Assembly: GCA_002811645.1 (NCBI GenBank)
Contig: PDIP01000010.1
Coordinates: 1-64,000, forward strand
Direction: 5' to 3'
Length of the DNA stretch: 64,000 bases
DNA from: Corallochytrium limacisporum Hawaii
Lineage: Eukaryota; Protista; Pluriformea
How positions within the stretch are numbered: position 1 is the stretch's first letter; each line of letters starts with the position of its first letter. Position numbers and translations under genes: made by a program. Positions 22,427 through 35,699 of the stretch are shown here, in pieces. A model generated the notes under the pieces. It saw only the letters and a program-made list of their open reading frames with translations, was not told where the DNA came from and did no database searches.

Positions 22427-24274
22427 TTACATACCGTTGTACGCGGGGCCACCGCCACCCTGAGGAGCAATCCAATCAATGTTCTGGGTAGGATCCTTAA
22501 TGTCGCAAGTCTTGCAATGGACGCAATTTTGGGCATTGATGACCAGGTGGCGATTACCGTTCTCGTCCTCAGGGTATTCGTATACACCAGCAGGGCAGTA
22601 GTACTGCTCTGGGCCACCGTACTTCGCCAGGTTGACGCTCTCTGGAACGTCATCGTTGCGCAGGGTTAAATGGGCGGGTTGGTCATGGTCATGGTTGGAA
22701 CCAGCCAGTGCAACACTGGACAGCAGATCAAAGGTTAATACACCATCGGGCTTTTCATACTCCTTGGGGGTAACCTCAGAGATGGGCTTCAGGTGCTCGT
22801 TGTCAGATGTTTTGTGGTGGAAAGTCCAGGGCTCGTTACCACGAGTGACCAGGCTCGTAAACCCGCTGTAGGCAATCATACCGAGGGCACCCAGAGGCGT
22901 GTGGAAAGAGTCTCGCACGTTCCGGACCTTGTAGAGCTCTTCCCATGTCCAACTCTCCTTCATATTGTCCTCATAGGCAACAGGGTCAATGGTGGTTTCA
23001 ACACCCTCGGCCTTCATGATGTCGTCATAGGAGGATTCAGCGCAGACCATACCGCTCTTCATGGCGTTGTGGGTACCCTTAATCTTAGGCAGGTTGAGGA
23101 AACCAGCAGTGCAACCGATTAGAGCGCCACCTGGGAAATGCAATTGCGGAATGGATTGGAAGCCGCCCTCGTTCAGCGCACGAGCGCCATAGCCGATACG
23201 GGTACCACCCTCGAGGAGGTTAGCCATCATCGGGTGGGTCTTCCACTTCTGGAATTCCTTGAAGGGAGACAGAGTGGGGTTCTCGTAGTCGAGACCGACA
23301 ACCATACCCATGGCAACAAGAGGACCGTCGTCCAAGTGGTACAGGAAGGTACCTCCATAGGTATGCATGCCCAGAGGCCAACCCAAGGTGTGCTCAACCC
23401 GGCCTGGGATGTGTTTTTCAGGGTCAATCTCCCACAATTCCTTGATACCGATACCATACGACTGAGGGTCAGAGTTAGCGCGGAGGTCGTACTTCTTGCA
23501 CAGCTGCTTCGTCAAATGTCCATGGCAGCCCTCAGCAAATACGGTCAGCTTTCCACGAAATTCCATACCACGTTCAAAGCCATCCTTGGGAGAGCCATCC
23601 TTAGCAATACCGACATCGTTGGTGGCAACGCCCGCAACGCTACCGTCCTCGCGGAAGAGAATCTCGTTACCGGCAAAACCGGGGTAGACCTCAACCTCGA
23701 GTTCCTCGGCCTTCTCCCCCAGCCATCTAGTGAAGTGTCCCAGACGCACAATGTAGTTGCCGTGGTTATCGACAGGAGTTCCCTTCAGCAAAAAGTCTGG
23801 GATCTTAAAGTTTCCACCTTCCCACAGAATCTGAAAATGGTCCTCAGTGACAGGAGTCTTTAGCGGGTGGTCAGGGTCAGACTCCCATTCGGGCAAAAGT
23901 TCGTCAAGGGCGTGAGGTTCGAGGACAGCACCACTGAGGGTGTGGGCACCGATCTCTGCGGCTTTCTCAATAACGCAAACGCGGATTTCCTCTCCCCGTT
24001 GCTGCGCAATTTGCTTGTACCTAATAGCAGCAGCAAGACCAGCAGGACCGCCACCGACAATTACAACATCCGCCTCCTCCGCGAATCGTTCCATGTCAAC
24101 CTCACCCCAACGGGCATCGTTCTCCCGTGGGTGTTGATACCAATGGGTCGTCTTGGCCATCTTTGCGGCGCTGAAAGAGAAAGAACGAGCAGCGGTCCTG
24201 GTGACCACGGTCGAGTTGTTGACCGCGGCCCTCACCGCGCCGGTAGTCAGGTTCTTCAATGCCGAGCGAAACAT
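22427..24274 (-). CDS. ETFDH: Electron transfer flavoprotein-ubiquinone oxidoreductase, mitochondrial
   Basis: FAD motif '[15 protein letters not shown]', 'GAHTLSGA', 4Fe-4S ligands 'CPAGVYE...[13 protein letters not shown]', and the terminal 'GGGPAYNGM'. Has an N-terminal transit peptide. Confidence 0.97.
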   Translation of the reverse strand: MFRSALKNLTTGAVRAAVNNSTVVTRTAARSFSFSAAKMAKTTHWYQHPRENDARWGEVDMERFAEEADVVIVGGGPAGLAAAIRYKQIAQQRGEEIRVCVIEKAAEIGAHTLSGAVLEPHALDELLPEWESDPDHPLKTPVTEDHFQILWEGGNFKIPDFLLKGTPVDNHGNYIVRLGHFTRWLGEKAEELEVEVYPGFAGNEILFREDGSVAGVATNDVGIAKDGSPKDGFERGMEFRGKLTVFAEGCHGHLTKQLCKKYDLRANSDPQSYGIGIKELWEIDPEKHIPGRVEHTLGWPLGMHTYGGTFLYHLDDGPLVAMGMVVGLDYENPTLSPFKEFQKWKTHPMMANLLEGGTRIGYGARALNEGGFQSIPQLHFPGGALIGCTAGFLNLPKIKGTHNAMKSGMVCAESSYDDIMKAEGVETTIDPVAYEDNMKESWTWEELYKVRNVRDSFHTPLGALGMIAYSGFTSLVTRGNEPWTFHHKTSDNEHLKPISEVTPKEYEKPDGVLTFDLLSSVALAGSNHDHDQPAHLTLRNDDVPESVNLAKYGGPEQYYCPAGVYEYPEDENGNRHLVINAQNCVHCKTCDIKDPTQNIDWIAPQGGGGPAYNGM

Positions 24275-25876
24275 GGTGACTGAATACTATCAGGCCGATC
24301 CAGTTCGATACGAAGGCTGCAAAAATATGGTTAAATTATTGCCATGCGAACGAGCCTCCAAATATCTTCTTCTGGATCCTGCCGTGATTGAAATCAGGCT
24401 CGAAGCAGGGCCACCTCCTACTGTTATGCCGTGTCCATCGGCCGAAAACGACTACAAAGCAATTGCAAAAAGTTTCTGTTTTCTCAGGGCGGATGCAGCT
24501 AAAAACGGCTCCCAGTGGGGCGAGCGTGAATTTGGGGGGCCCTCCCCTGGGTCCCGTGACTACAGGAATAGGCCTGCAGATGTGTGCCGTAGGGTCAATA
24601 ACAGTAGCACTCAGGCAGTCTAACTAACCCCGAACTGTGATATCCTAGGCGTGGGGCCTGCCCTGTTCCCGGTGGTAGGGACTGTTGTGTCCACTACCAC
24701 TGTCCCTGCTCTCTGCTTTGTGGGAGTGTGCACGCACAGTGCAGATGGTGCTGTCTGTTGCGCTTGGCTGTATACTAAAACCTTCTCCCTACACGGATCA
24801 GTTCCCATCTCCATCGCCCAGTGCCATTGTTGTTGTACTGCTCCGTTCGCTTTACCGGGGGTCAGCAGGCGCCCTCCTTTACCATTGAAACTTCATAGAT
24901 CTAAGTGTGGAGCCGGTGCAGGCCTGCGCGTTGTGGTGCCCTTTTCACGGGGCCAAAAATTTCTCGTTCCTCACAAAACAGTGCAAATATCGATTTCGAA
25001 TCCCCCTTTTTCACACACCCGAGCGATATCCCACAGAACCCCACAAGAAACACCAACACACCACCAACGCTCAGCGGAAAGAGCGTTCGTTCTTTAGAGA
25101 AGAGAATGGGAAAGAAACAGACAATCCATGTGATTAACCCCGGCCACAACAATACCATCCCGTAAGCGGGCGGGCGTTAGGCTCAAATGGCGAGGGCCAC
25201 GGGTGGGTTAGCGGGAGCGGAGAAAATAACATCCAGGTACACCTGCTGTCTCGTGAATCTTCAAATTGTTCTCATATGATGAGTGTGATTTGGGAATGAC
25301 GTTGACCTATCCACCGATCGTATCTATCTACACGACCGCAAAGTAAATGTTTACTTTGCAGGCATGACCGAATAGTTCGGGCATTTCACCCGCCGGCGTG
25401 CGAATATGCGAGGTGTCCAGGGGGTGTGCCGCGGTCTGGCAATGAAAACATTACTGAGAAGCAAAATTTGTTGGCAGTAGGGAGACTTCCACATTTTCTC
25501 CCCCCCCTTCGCGTTCCTTGTAGTACGCACTAGGTGCGCGTGGAAGTGGGCAGCACATGAAAGTGATACGTCCCTCACGGAAGAAGCGTGCATTCCATAT
25601 TTGAGCAAGAACTGCCCAGGAACAGCGGGGGAGAGGGAGAGCTGGTGGCGCACTGCAAAACATAGAAGGCTGGAGCTTTTACCAGGGGCAGTGCCCATGT
25701 ACGTAGGGGGGACGGATCAATATGAGATGAAGGGACAAGGGATATCAGTGGACATGGGAATGAAGTTTATGTGGGTTGGATTGGAATGGACGTGTCCACT
25801 AAAGCTGGCTGTATTGAGATCAGGTTTCGTTAGAGACGTTGCATTCCATTGGCCGTGTGGCGAAAGACCGAAGCAT

Positions 25877-27241
<1,365 letters not shown>

Positions 27242-28440
27242 TTAGATGAATACACTAGCTTAAAGCCGCAAAGATGTGTTATAGTAGCTTATGATGAGCT
27301 GTAACACAATAGTGAGCGGTTACAAAACTGTGTGTGAGCAGAAATTATTCCTTCAAATAGGTGTCAGTAAAACCAGAACCTAGGAAGCACTAGCACTACA
27401 GCTCGCACACCTCGTTCGTCGTCTTGGCACTGCTCTGTCGCTTCTCCAACAGCTCTTCCCAACATTTGGCAAGAGCTCTATGCCTGCTCCACATAGGGGC
27501 ACACAGCACAATATGACGGCGCTTGGCGCATCGCGTCAGGAACAGCTATGCAACAAAAGAAAAGTAGGCCACCGAATACACCGTCCTGACAGGGTCCGTC
27601 CGACTGTTGCTACCGATCGCGAACTCTATACTGAATGTACCGAAAGATTCTGACAGACGATAACTATCCAAGAAACAAGCGAAGGAAGGGAGCAGCATTG
27701 AAGAGGTTGTGCTTTACTCCGAATACATAATGAACGGCACCTTCCGCAGAGGACACCTCGGTGAACACACACAGCCTCCACCATGCGCTGTCTTCTGTGC
27801 GTCTGTGAATTCTCTGGCGCTTCCAAAGTTTCAGTACTTGTACCATGGGAAGAATCAGAACACAGGCGCGCAGTCTTCACTTGGCTTGATCAGTTCAGTG
27901 GGCCATATTTTCAATGGTGAATGTAGTGTGCTCTCCTCTGCACAGGCAGGTAGCAGTTCTCACAGTCCCACCGATTATGTGGGTGCGGTGTATTTAGTAT
28001 GGAAAAGGTGTGTGGCGCCTTTTTGGTCTTCCCCCACTTTCCGGGCCCTTGAACCGATCGGCGGCCGCCGATATTCCGTGCTTGCTTTGGCCCGCCCCTT
28101 TCCCTTCACTATAGATACTATACTGACATATTTCATAACTACGAAGTAAACATGCTGGCGCGACCGTGACTAAGTATTGCAAACGGGAAAAGGGGGGGGA
28201 GACAAAAAGGGAGCAGAAATTGTGACGCAGTCCGATACCAGCCGCGGCTCAGCAGCACGCCTGCTCCACAGAATGTCGTTTTCATTCGGTAGTTCATTTA
28301 CAATTGAAGTTCCGTCAAAGCAAAACAAAGGGATGTCAGCCACTCCCCCCACCCAGGGTTCTTTCCAAGTTTTGGCGCGGAAAATCTGGATGGTGGTGGG
28401 GGTTCAATCCTGCTTGTTTACGGATTCTGGTACCATTTCG

Positions 28441-28453
28441 GTACATTCAGTAC
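28441..28453 (+). promoter_or_regulatory. GTACWTTCAGTAC intergenic motif, copy 4
   Basis: gtacattcagtac. Confidence 0.55.
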
Positions 28454-28924
28454 TGGGCTGATCTTCCCTGCGGGGAGGAACCAATTCATTTATGGCGCGA
28501 AAAGTGAGTACACACACTCCGCCCAGACTAACCTACTGTGCGTACACAATGATCTGTCACTTGCTGGGTCACCCCACACAAATTGGGTGGGAGAGGATGG
28601 CTCGGTAAGAAAATCAATTCTCAATCATTTGCCAAGTGGTGATTAATGTATCAGAGTCCCGAACCAAGATCTTGGCCGTGATTCATTAGATTCTGAAGGT
28701 AAAAGTACCAGACGACCACGTACGTTGAAGACGCGCGCATTTCGTAAAAAATGAACACGAGAAATGTGTACGAGAGAACCCAGGAGAGCCAGCCACCCAG
28801 GGGGAGCGGGTTGGGGCTGGGTCTCCCCATTCACACCGTTTAACACATTTACGTTCTTTTGTATAGCAATATATTTACAATCTACTCAGGCCTGAGGCTC
28901 CCTCTCAACTGACACACAGATTTA

Positions 28925-29938
28925 CTATAGACTTCCTCCTTCCTCAGTATTTGGTATAGAGGTCGCAGAGCTGCGCACCGAGCGAGATGTGACGGAAGCA
29001 GCCTGCTGCGGACCAGACTTGAAAGCGACGTGGCCGTGGAGCGACTCTTCCGGTTGGGCCAGCGTGGACAGGGTGCTAAAGTTACTGTTCAGGTTAGCCA
29101 GTTTCATGGCAAGTTTGTTGGTGCGGAGATCGATAGCTTCGCCATCACCATCATCATCCTTCGGAAACAGGGCCAAGATTCGTCGGGCCAAGCTGTCTTC
29201 TGTGAGTTTCTTGGACTTCCGTCGTGGCTGTTGGTATTCTTGAAAGTCACGGGGCGACATCGGAGGCGTGGTCTTCGGCGTAGCAAATGTCGGAGTGCCC
29301 AGAGGATCGTCAGAAAACGATGCCCCTTCCTGCATACGTCGTCTTATCTGCGCAAAGGCTTTCAAGGAGTACTCATGGACGATGTGAGGCAGCTGGATGT
29401 TAAACAGATCTCTCAAGGAGTTCTCAATGTTATTCTGCAGCATCTCCTTGATACTAGGTTGGTCGTCGAACGGTGTTTGAAGTGCTAGTCCTTTCAAAGG
29501 ATCGTTCTTAAACGACAACGTCACGCCTCTGTCGATATCAACATCTAGTGTATAGATTGCGCTCAGTTTCAAATCTGAAATGCGCAGCTGGATGGGCAAA
29601 ATCAATGGTTTTGAAGCTGCCAGGACGCCCGTGCTGTTATGTTGCTGACGGCGCTTCATGGGGTGCACAGGATTCACTTGCGCCCTTGTTGATATCATGA
29701 GCGAGGCATCGCCATGATATGCCAGCTTCAAAATGCCCCGAAAGTGAGTTTCTGAGAGATCCCCGACGTCCAATATTTCGATGTCTGGTGGGACGGTGCC
29801 AAGTTCGAGCTTGATAACTTCTATCTTGTCTACGACCTCAGGGGGTCGGTCTCCTGCATTTAGTGACTTATTGAGCAGCTCACTAACGAAGCTGACTTGC
29901 TCTTCAGCCCATTCAGGCCAATTGAACATAAACGACAT
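28925..29938 (-). CDS. MDM34: ERMES subunit Mdm34 (SMP-LTD domain)
   Basis: 'MSFMFNW...LNKSLN...VVDKIEVIKLELGTVPPDIEILDVGDLSETHFRGILKLAYHGDA...VTLSFKNDPL' matches the Mdm34 N-terminal SMP domain. Confidence 0.9.
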   Translation of the reverse strand: MSFMFNWPEWAEEQVSFVSELLNKSLNAGDRPPEVVDKIEVIKLELGTVPPDIEILDVGDLSETHFRGILKLAYHGDASLMISTRAQVNPVHPMKRRQQHNSTGVLAASKPLILPIQLRISDLKLSAIYTLDVDIDRGVTLSFKNDPLKGLALQTPFDDQPSIKEMLQNNIENSLRDLFNIQLPHIVHEYSLKAFAQIRRRMQEGASFSDDPLGTPTFATPKTTPPMSPRDFQEYQQPRRKSKKLTEDSLARRILALFPKDDDGDGEAIDLRTNKLAMKLANLNSNFSTLSTLAQPEESLHGHVAFKSGPQQAASVTSRSVRSSATSIPNTEEGGSL

Positions 29939-30268
29939 TTGTGCAGAACTATGCTGCAGCCGTTAGACTTCACCTCATATTTCAAACGCCTCGGATTCAT
30001 GTATATGGCACCTGCATCACGTTCATATACAAACGAACTTTAGTATGAAAATTCCACGACAAGATTGGTGGAAATAGCTTTACACTTTCCTCAAGGAATG
30101 CCTGCTGAGGGTTCCGCAATTGAAGCACAATCCCTCCCCCTTCCGGGTCCGGAGGGGTTGGGGTGTTGGGCCCTGCGTTCTCCTACAGCCCCGCGTGGAA
30201 AGTGCGGGTCTCCTGCCTGCGCAGCAAACAGCATTGAGAACATAAGCTGAGTGAGGCGACATCATAAG

Positions 30269-30318
30269 GTACATAAACAACTAAAATGTCCATGTCGTAC
30301 ACCTTTGTTCTCTATCAG
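30269..30318 (+). other. Predicted 50-nt 5'UTR intron of ELP2
   Basis: AAG|GTACAT...ACTAAA...cctttgttctctatCAG, with a pyrimidine tract before the acceptor. Confidence 0.55.
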
Positions 30319-30399
30319 ACAGCAAGTTTCGAAATGGAACACAACGGTCGCACAGTGTCGTTCAAGTTAGATAATGTATGAACGAGACCAACGTGAGGT

Positions 30400-32946
30400 A
30401 TGAACGGCTTTCCGCGGCCACTGTTTGTGAGCAGTGCCTGCAATAGACTTTCAGGTTGTTTAGATTGGATCGACTCGGATGACTCCAATTATGGGCGTAA
30501 CTACATTGCCTATGGGTCAGAAAAGGCAGTACTCGTCTTAGATGCACCTGGGCCCGCAACAGTCTCCAGGGGAATCAAAGCGATCCTTCATGGCCATAAG
30601 CAAGACGTCACAACAGTACGCTGGCACCGCCCTGGATCTGGGCACTCTCCAATCCTTTTATCTGCTAGTGCGGATGGAATTGTTCGATTTTGGGTCGTAA
30701 GTGAATCCCATGGCAATGTCGTACAGGAATGCTCTGGTGAGCTCCTGAGTCATGAAGATGTTGTGTCCGATATTTCTTCCGTTGTGATCAATCGCGCAAA
30801 GTCCTTTCTGGTCGGAAGCTGTGGTGGAGACGGGAAAATACTCTTAGCGGTGGTACAGATAGATACCGATGGTACCTGTACCATTGCAGAAGACGCAAAG
30901 TATGAAATTCGAATGGAAGGATTGACATATCCCTACACCCTTGCGATCTGTGGTAGTATTGGAAATGGCAAGAAATTCCTTGTGGCAGCCAGCACGCTTG
31001 ATAGTCACATACTTCTGTATACAGCTGCACTAAACGAAAATGGCACAGGCATTGACATGGTCAAGAAGACGGCTGTACTAAGGGGACACAAGGCATGGAT
31101 ACCTCAAATGTGTTTTAGCCCGGTGTGGAACGGGGAAATTTTACTGGCAAGTGCATCTCAGGACAACATGTTGCGCTTGTGGCACATTCGTCCAAAGCAA
31201 GATGAAGATAAATCATCCGATGGCGTGCCTCAGAATGATCTGGAGAGGAAATTAAACCAGTTGGCCATCAAAGCGAAGGAATCAGACATTGGAGAATTTG
31301 GATCCAGAGAGTACGTCATCAGCATTGAAGCAGTACTTGCAGGCCATGATGGGTGGGTCACCGGAGTACGTTGGATCCACCCAAAGGGCAAGGACCTCAA
31401 AAAGGATGATCTGAGAATCTTGACTGCATCAATGGACCGTACTATGATGATTTGGGCTCCTGAAATGGTTGAATCTGCTGGATCTACGAATACCTTGTGG
31501 ACATCTGCCACCCGTGTAGGTGAAATGGGAGGCAACACCTTAGGATTCTATGGGTGCTGTGCGTCTACGGATGCCAGTGTGATTCTAGCTGCTGGATACC
31601 ATGGCGCACTACATGCATGGGGTAAGACGGGTGGCAGTGACTATGTTCCCATCCAGGCTCACGGCGGTCACTTCGGCCCTGTTACGGACCTTTCCTGGGA
31701 GCCGGAAGGTCGCTACTTGCTGACATGCAGCTCAGATCAGACGACACGACTGTTCTCGTATTGGCCGAGCGAAAAGGTATGGTCTGAATTTGCCCGTCCC
31801 CAGGTTCACGGACATGACCTTACCTGCGTGGCGGCCATTGATGGTGATACTTTTGCCTCTGGCGCTGAAGAAAAGGTCATTCGCACCTTTGTGGCTGGAT
31901 CCTCTGCATTGACCCTCCTGGAAAATGTCGGTAGATGTACACCACAGTTTTCGCGCCGTAGAGACGCTCCGCTCGGTGCCCATGTACCTGCCCTTGGATT
32001 GAGCAACAAAGCTGTTCTTGATGAGAATGACGAACAGATTGACGAGAGCAAGAACACGTCAATCACCAATGCGGGAGACTTCAGTGCAGAAGATCCGGCT
32101 GGATCTCACTTCACCTACAAAGAACTCAAGGAACCTCCATTGGAGGAGCACTTGATTCAAAACACTCTCTGGGCAGAGACTTCGAAGCTCTATGGACACG
32201 GCTACGAACTGGTTGCGCTAGCCGCGAGCCAGAGTAGAAAGATTCTTGCAAGTTCTTGCCGAGCAACGAAGTCTGAGCATGCAACTATTCGTCTGTGGAA
32301 TGTAGCCACGGGTGCACAGGTCGGAAATCTAAGCGCCCACAATCTCACCATTGTTCAGCTCTGCTTCAGTCCGGATGATCGATACTTGCTCGCAGTTTCG
32401 CGTGACCGGCATGTATCAGTCCATCGTCGAAAGAATGCTGTATCGAGTGACGGGGGTGCGACTCCAGATTCGTCTTTCGACCTCGTTGCCCGCGAGAAGG
32501 CCCACAGTCGCATCATTTGGACGTGTGCATGGTGCCACCGTATTGTCGGCAGGAATCTCATGTTTGCAACGGGATCCCGTGATAAAACAGTTGCCATTTT
32601 CATCATTATTGAGTCAACCAACGATGGCGACGTACAGTGCGAAAAGATTGCCACTTACACTGCGGATCATGCCGTGACAGCGATGGATTTTGCACCTGTA
32701 GACCACGAAAGTGACTATGATCTGTTGGCTATTGGACTCGAATCTGGACACATGACCTTGTTGAAACTGCACAACGGTGAATTGACTCCCTTGCTATCCA
32801 CAGACGACAGCACCCGTCACGAGGGCACGGTCAAGCGGCTCGCTTTTCAACCAAACCGTTCCGACTCAAGCGATTCGCTCCTGCTTGCCAGCTGTGGCAA
32901 CGACCACACCACCCGCCTATACAAAGTCGACCGTAACAGCTTGTGA
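30400..32946 (+). CDS. ELP2: Elongator complex protein 2 (WD40)
   Basis: 848-aa WD40 protein with 'RVGEMGGNTLGFYG', 'ARPQVHGHD', 'SGAEEKVIRTF', 'PALGLSNKAV' and 'LIQNTLWAETSKLYGHGYE'. Confidence 0.96.
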   Translation: MNGFPRPLFVSSACNRLSGCLDWIDSDDSNYGRNYIAYGSEKAVLVLDAPGPATVSRGIKAILHGHKQDVTTVRWHRPGSGHSPILLSASADGIVRFWVVSESHGNVVQECSGELLSHEDVVSDISSVVINRAKSFLVGSCGGDGKILLAVVQIDTDGTCTIAEDAKYEIRMEGLTYPYTLAICGSIGNGKKFLVAASTLDSHILLYTAALNENGTGIDMVKKTAVLRGHKAWIPQMCFSPVWNGEILLASASQDNMLRLWHIRPKQDEDKSSDGVPQNDLERKLNQLAIKAKESDIGEFGSREYVISIEAVLAGHDGWVTGVRWIHPKGKDLKKDDLRILTASMDRTMMIWAPEMVESAGSTNTLWTSATRVGEMGGNTLGFYGCCASTDASVILAAGYHGALHAWGKTGGSDYVPIQAHGGHFGPVTDLSWEPEGRYLLTCSSDQTTRLFSYWPSEKVWSEFARPQVHGHDLTCVAAIDGDTFASGAEEKVIRTFVAGSSALTLLENVGRCTPQFSRRRDAPLGAHVPALGLSNKAVLDENDEQIDESKNTSITNAGDFSAEDPAGSHFTYKELKEPPLEEHLIQNTLWAETSKLYGHGYELVALAASQSRKILASSCRATKSEHATIRLWNVATGAQVGNLSAHNLTIVQLCFSPDDRYLLAVSRDRHVSVHRRKNAVSSDGGATPDSSFDLVAREKAHSRIIWTCAWCHRIVGRNLMFATGSRDKTVAIFIIIESTNDGDVQCEKIATYTADHAVTAMDFAPVDHESDYDLLAIGLESGHMTLLKLHNGELTPLLSTDDSTRHEGTVKRLAFQPNRSDSSDSLLLASCGNDHTTRLYKVDRNSL

Positions 32947-33068
32947 GAATCCATTTATTGATTTGTATATTAGATATGCTAGTAGGCATCTAACTATCGT
33001 CTATTTCTAAAGTAGTAATGGTACAATAATTCTAAATGTGTTGATAGATCATAACATTCCTCTACTGC

Positions 33069-35699
33069 TCAGATATGTCTGTGCAACGCAGCAATGGACA
33101 TATCCAAGTGGTGCTCTATGCTATGCACCTTGTTCGCAGTGCATATCAGGTCGCGATTCCAAGACAGGTGGGGCTTGGAACGAGCGTTCGGTTTGCCCTG
33201 GTCGGCTTCAGGCACTTCGTACGTGACTGCAAGGATCTCCTGCTTGACGAAGAGGGAGATGGCATTCTGCAGGATAGCCATGGAAGCGGCCTCATCCACC
33301 TTTTGGCTATTCGAGCCAGCCATGAGTTCCTTCTGCACTCGCAAGAGAAGTTGCTGTTGGTTGACTTTAGCTGTAAGTACAGGTCCCTCATCGTCATGAA
33401 TGTGCGGATGTTTGACGTGCTCTGCGTAGCTCTCGTGGTGCGGTGGGACACCCAGTTCATCGATCAGGGCGGTCAGCATGGCCCGGTAGCCAACCAGGTA
33501 AGGTACGAACTGATACGTCAGCAGACGGATGAAGGCGTACATGTAGATCCGTCGTTCGTCACCAAATCCGCGTTGGTCCCATACCATGTCATTGACGATT
33601 GCCACATTTTCGTCGACCAGAACCAGTCCCTCATCGATGAGGAGGGAGAGATGGGCCTTGACAGACTCTTCAATCGACTGGCACGGCAAACAGAAGCAGA
33701 ACTCGAACGCTAAGTACATGGTCAAGAGTTCAGCATACTCCACGATAGTGTGCAGCTCCGCAGGAATGCCTTGCTCCTGCAAAATTCTGAGGGAAGCAAT
33801 GATAAGTGCATCGTTGCAGAACTGGGCGAATACGTGATTAGCATAGAAGCAAAGGTGCAAAATCTTCTCAGGATCACCCTCGGGCCGGTAGATGGTGTCT
33901 GGGTCCAGCTGCAGGCAGTTAAGGCTATGTTGAAGTTCCGCAACCGCGATTTTATCCGTCGAAGACCCGTCACCGACACGCTGCTGTTGCTTGGTCCCTG
34001 TGGCCTCGCATTCAGCCGTAGCACTCTCAATCAAACCCTTATTCTCACCCACTGTGTGCAAATACCGACGCCCTCTGTTGCGGAGAGACGTGATCAGATA
34101 GGAATTGAAGCCCGCCATGTAGCCGTGTACGGTTTCAACCTTTGGAATGGTATCAGTGTCCATGTCCACGACCCAGAAGTCCCGACGGAAAATCAGTAGA
34201 ATGGCAGCGGTTGTCATTGTGGGCATAATTGTACTGTGAATCGTCGCCTGATGAATTACATGGCGTCCGAGATCCTCAGCGGTACGGATCACAACCTCAT
34301 CAATTTCATCCATGGATGTCTTGTTAACAGCGGATTCCGATGCAGCAATTTGCTTCAGGTTCAGGCGAGGTGCAGGTCCTTCGGATTGGTAGCCATTTGC
34401 TTCGGTGTATGCGGCCACAGCAACAAGAGAGCCGTCACGGCTGAGACTGGAGGGCTGAACATTGCGTACGAAGTCCTGCAGACTGAATGGCATACCAAGA
34501 TCCACAGATATGGGTCCGTAACTGACAAAGCACAGCTTGATCAAGTTCCAGGCGAACCACAGGAAGGTTTCGGGCTTCTTCGGCGTCCCAAGCAGCTCCC
34601 GAGGGTATGCCATTTCCACAATTCGCTCATAGTTTACAGTGATCGGTACAATGTACGGATCAACGACGTCCTTGAACACTGCAAGTTCTACCAGCATACT
34701 CAACATACCCAGCTTCGGCACCAATGGCTTTCCAATGCGACTCCGTCCTCCCTCTGGGAAGAATTCAAGGTTTTCACCGGCAGCCAGGACCTGGTGAACG
34801 TATTCGCTGAAGACTCCTCGATACAGGGGGTCTGTTACAGCAGCACGACCACGGCGGATGAAAAAGGCACCGAGGCGAGTAAAAATTTGTGCTACCACTG
34901 GAACGTTCAAGTTGTCACCCGCTGCAATATGAGGGATTTCCATTCGGCACAAGTATGCGAAATACGAGTTGACCAGATAGTCGAGGTGACTTTTGTGCAA
35001 ACTAACGAAGACAATCGGATGGCCTGCCTTTGAAATTTCCTCCAGCATGAGCATCTTGCGTTCATCAGCGTAAAAGTGACCAAATACGTGTCTGAACAAC
35101 TTCGTCAAAACGAAAGCTGTGACTCTTGCAACATACCAATTCACGCGACCCCGCATGCGTTTGATCATTTTTGTTGCTGACTTTCTTAGCTGCTCCACTG
35201 GCGTTCCTTCCGTCTCCGCAATCTTTTCTATGGTCTTGTCCATTGTATCTGACTCCATAATGAGTTTCACAACGGGAAACTTTCTACCTTGCACTGGTCC
35301 CGCAAAGGAGTGGATTATATCTCCCATGAGGAGGTGCAGTATGCCTCCGAACTTTCTGCGCACGTCGACTCCATACCCCTTTTCCATTCCTGGCATCTGA
35401 TCGCCATATGACTCCGGTCCCACAAGGTGCCTCATTTTTCCAAACGATCTCGGAATACAGTGATAACATGAGGCACGGAAGTTTCCGCTGCTGAGTGAGA
35501 ATCCATTCTGTTGCAAATGTTGGTACAGTGTACTAAGATTCTCGTCTGATGCGAATGACTCTGTGCTAGAGTGCATGCCTCGAGGGGTCTTGAACCCGAA
35601 ATTGACTAGATTCGGGGCGAGTGATAGTTTTTCCTCCCGTCGGAGGATGGTGTGTGAGGTCTCATCGCTTCGTGGAGTTGTGTCCTGGTTCGGTGCCAT
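33069..35699 (-). CDS. Glycerol-3-phosphate / dihydroxyacetone-phosphate acyltransferase (GPAT/GNPAT, PlsB family)
   Basis: Acyltransferase blocks HKSHLD (HX4D), 'AAGDNL', 'GAFFIRR' and 'FFPEGGRSRIGKPLVPKLGML'. Confidence 0.9.
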   Translation of the reverse strand: MAPNQDTTPRSDETSHTILRREEKLSLAPNLVNFGFKTPRGMHSSTESFASDENLSTLYQHLQQNGFSLSSGNFRASCYHCIPRSFGKMRHLVGPESYGDQMPGMEKGYGVDVRRKFGGILHLLMGDIIHSFAGPVQGRKFPVVKLIMESDTMDKTIEKIAETEGTPVEQLRKSATKMIKRMRGRVNWYVARVTAFVLTKLFRHVFGHFYADERKMLMLEEISKAGHPIVFVSLHKSHLDYLVNSYFAYLCRMEIPHIAAGDNLNVPVVAQIFTRLGAFFIRRGRAAVTDPLYRGVFSEYVHQVLAAGENLEFFPEGGRSRIGKPLVPKLGMLSMLVELAVFKDVVDPYIVPITVNYERIVEMAYPRELLGTPKKPETFLWFAWNLIKLCFVSYGPISVDLGMPFSLQDFVRNVQPSSLSRDGSLVAVAAYTEANGYQSEGPAPRLNLKQIAASESAVNKTSMDEIDEVVIRTAEDLGRHVIHQATIHSTIMPTMTTAAILLIFRRDFWVVDMDTDTIPKVETVHGYMAGFNSYLITSLRNRGRRYLHTVGENKGLIESATAECEATGTKQQQRVGDGSSTDKIAVAELQHSLNCLQLDPDTIYRPEGDPEKILHLCFYANHVFAQFCNDALIIASLRILQEQGIPAELHTIVEYAELLTMYLAFEFCFCLPCQSIEESVKAHLSLLIDEGLVLVDENVAIVNDMVWDQRGFGDERRIYMYAFIRLLTYQFVPYLVGYRAMLTALIDELGVPPHHESYAEHVKHPHIHDDEGPVLTAKVNQQQLLLRVQKELMAGSNSQKVDEAASMAILQNAISLFVKQEILAVTYEVPEADQGKPNARSKPHLSWNRDLICTANKVHSIEHHLDMSIAALHRHI

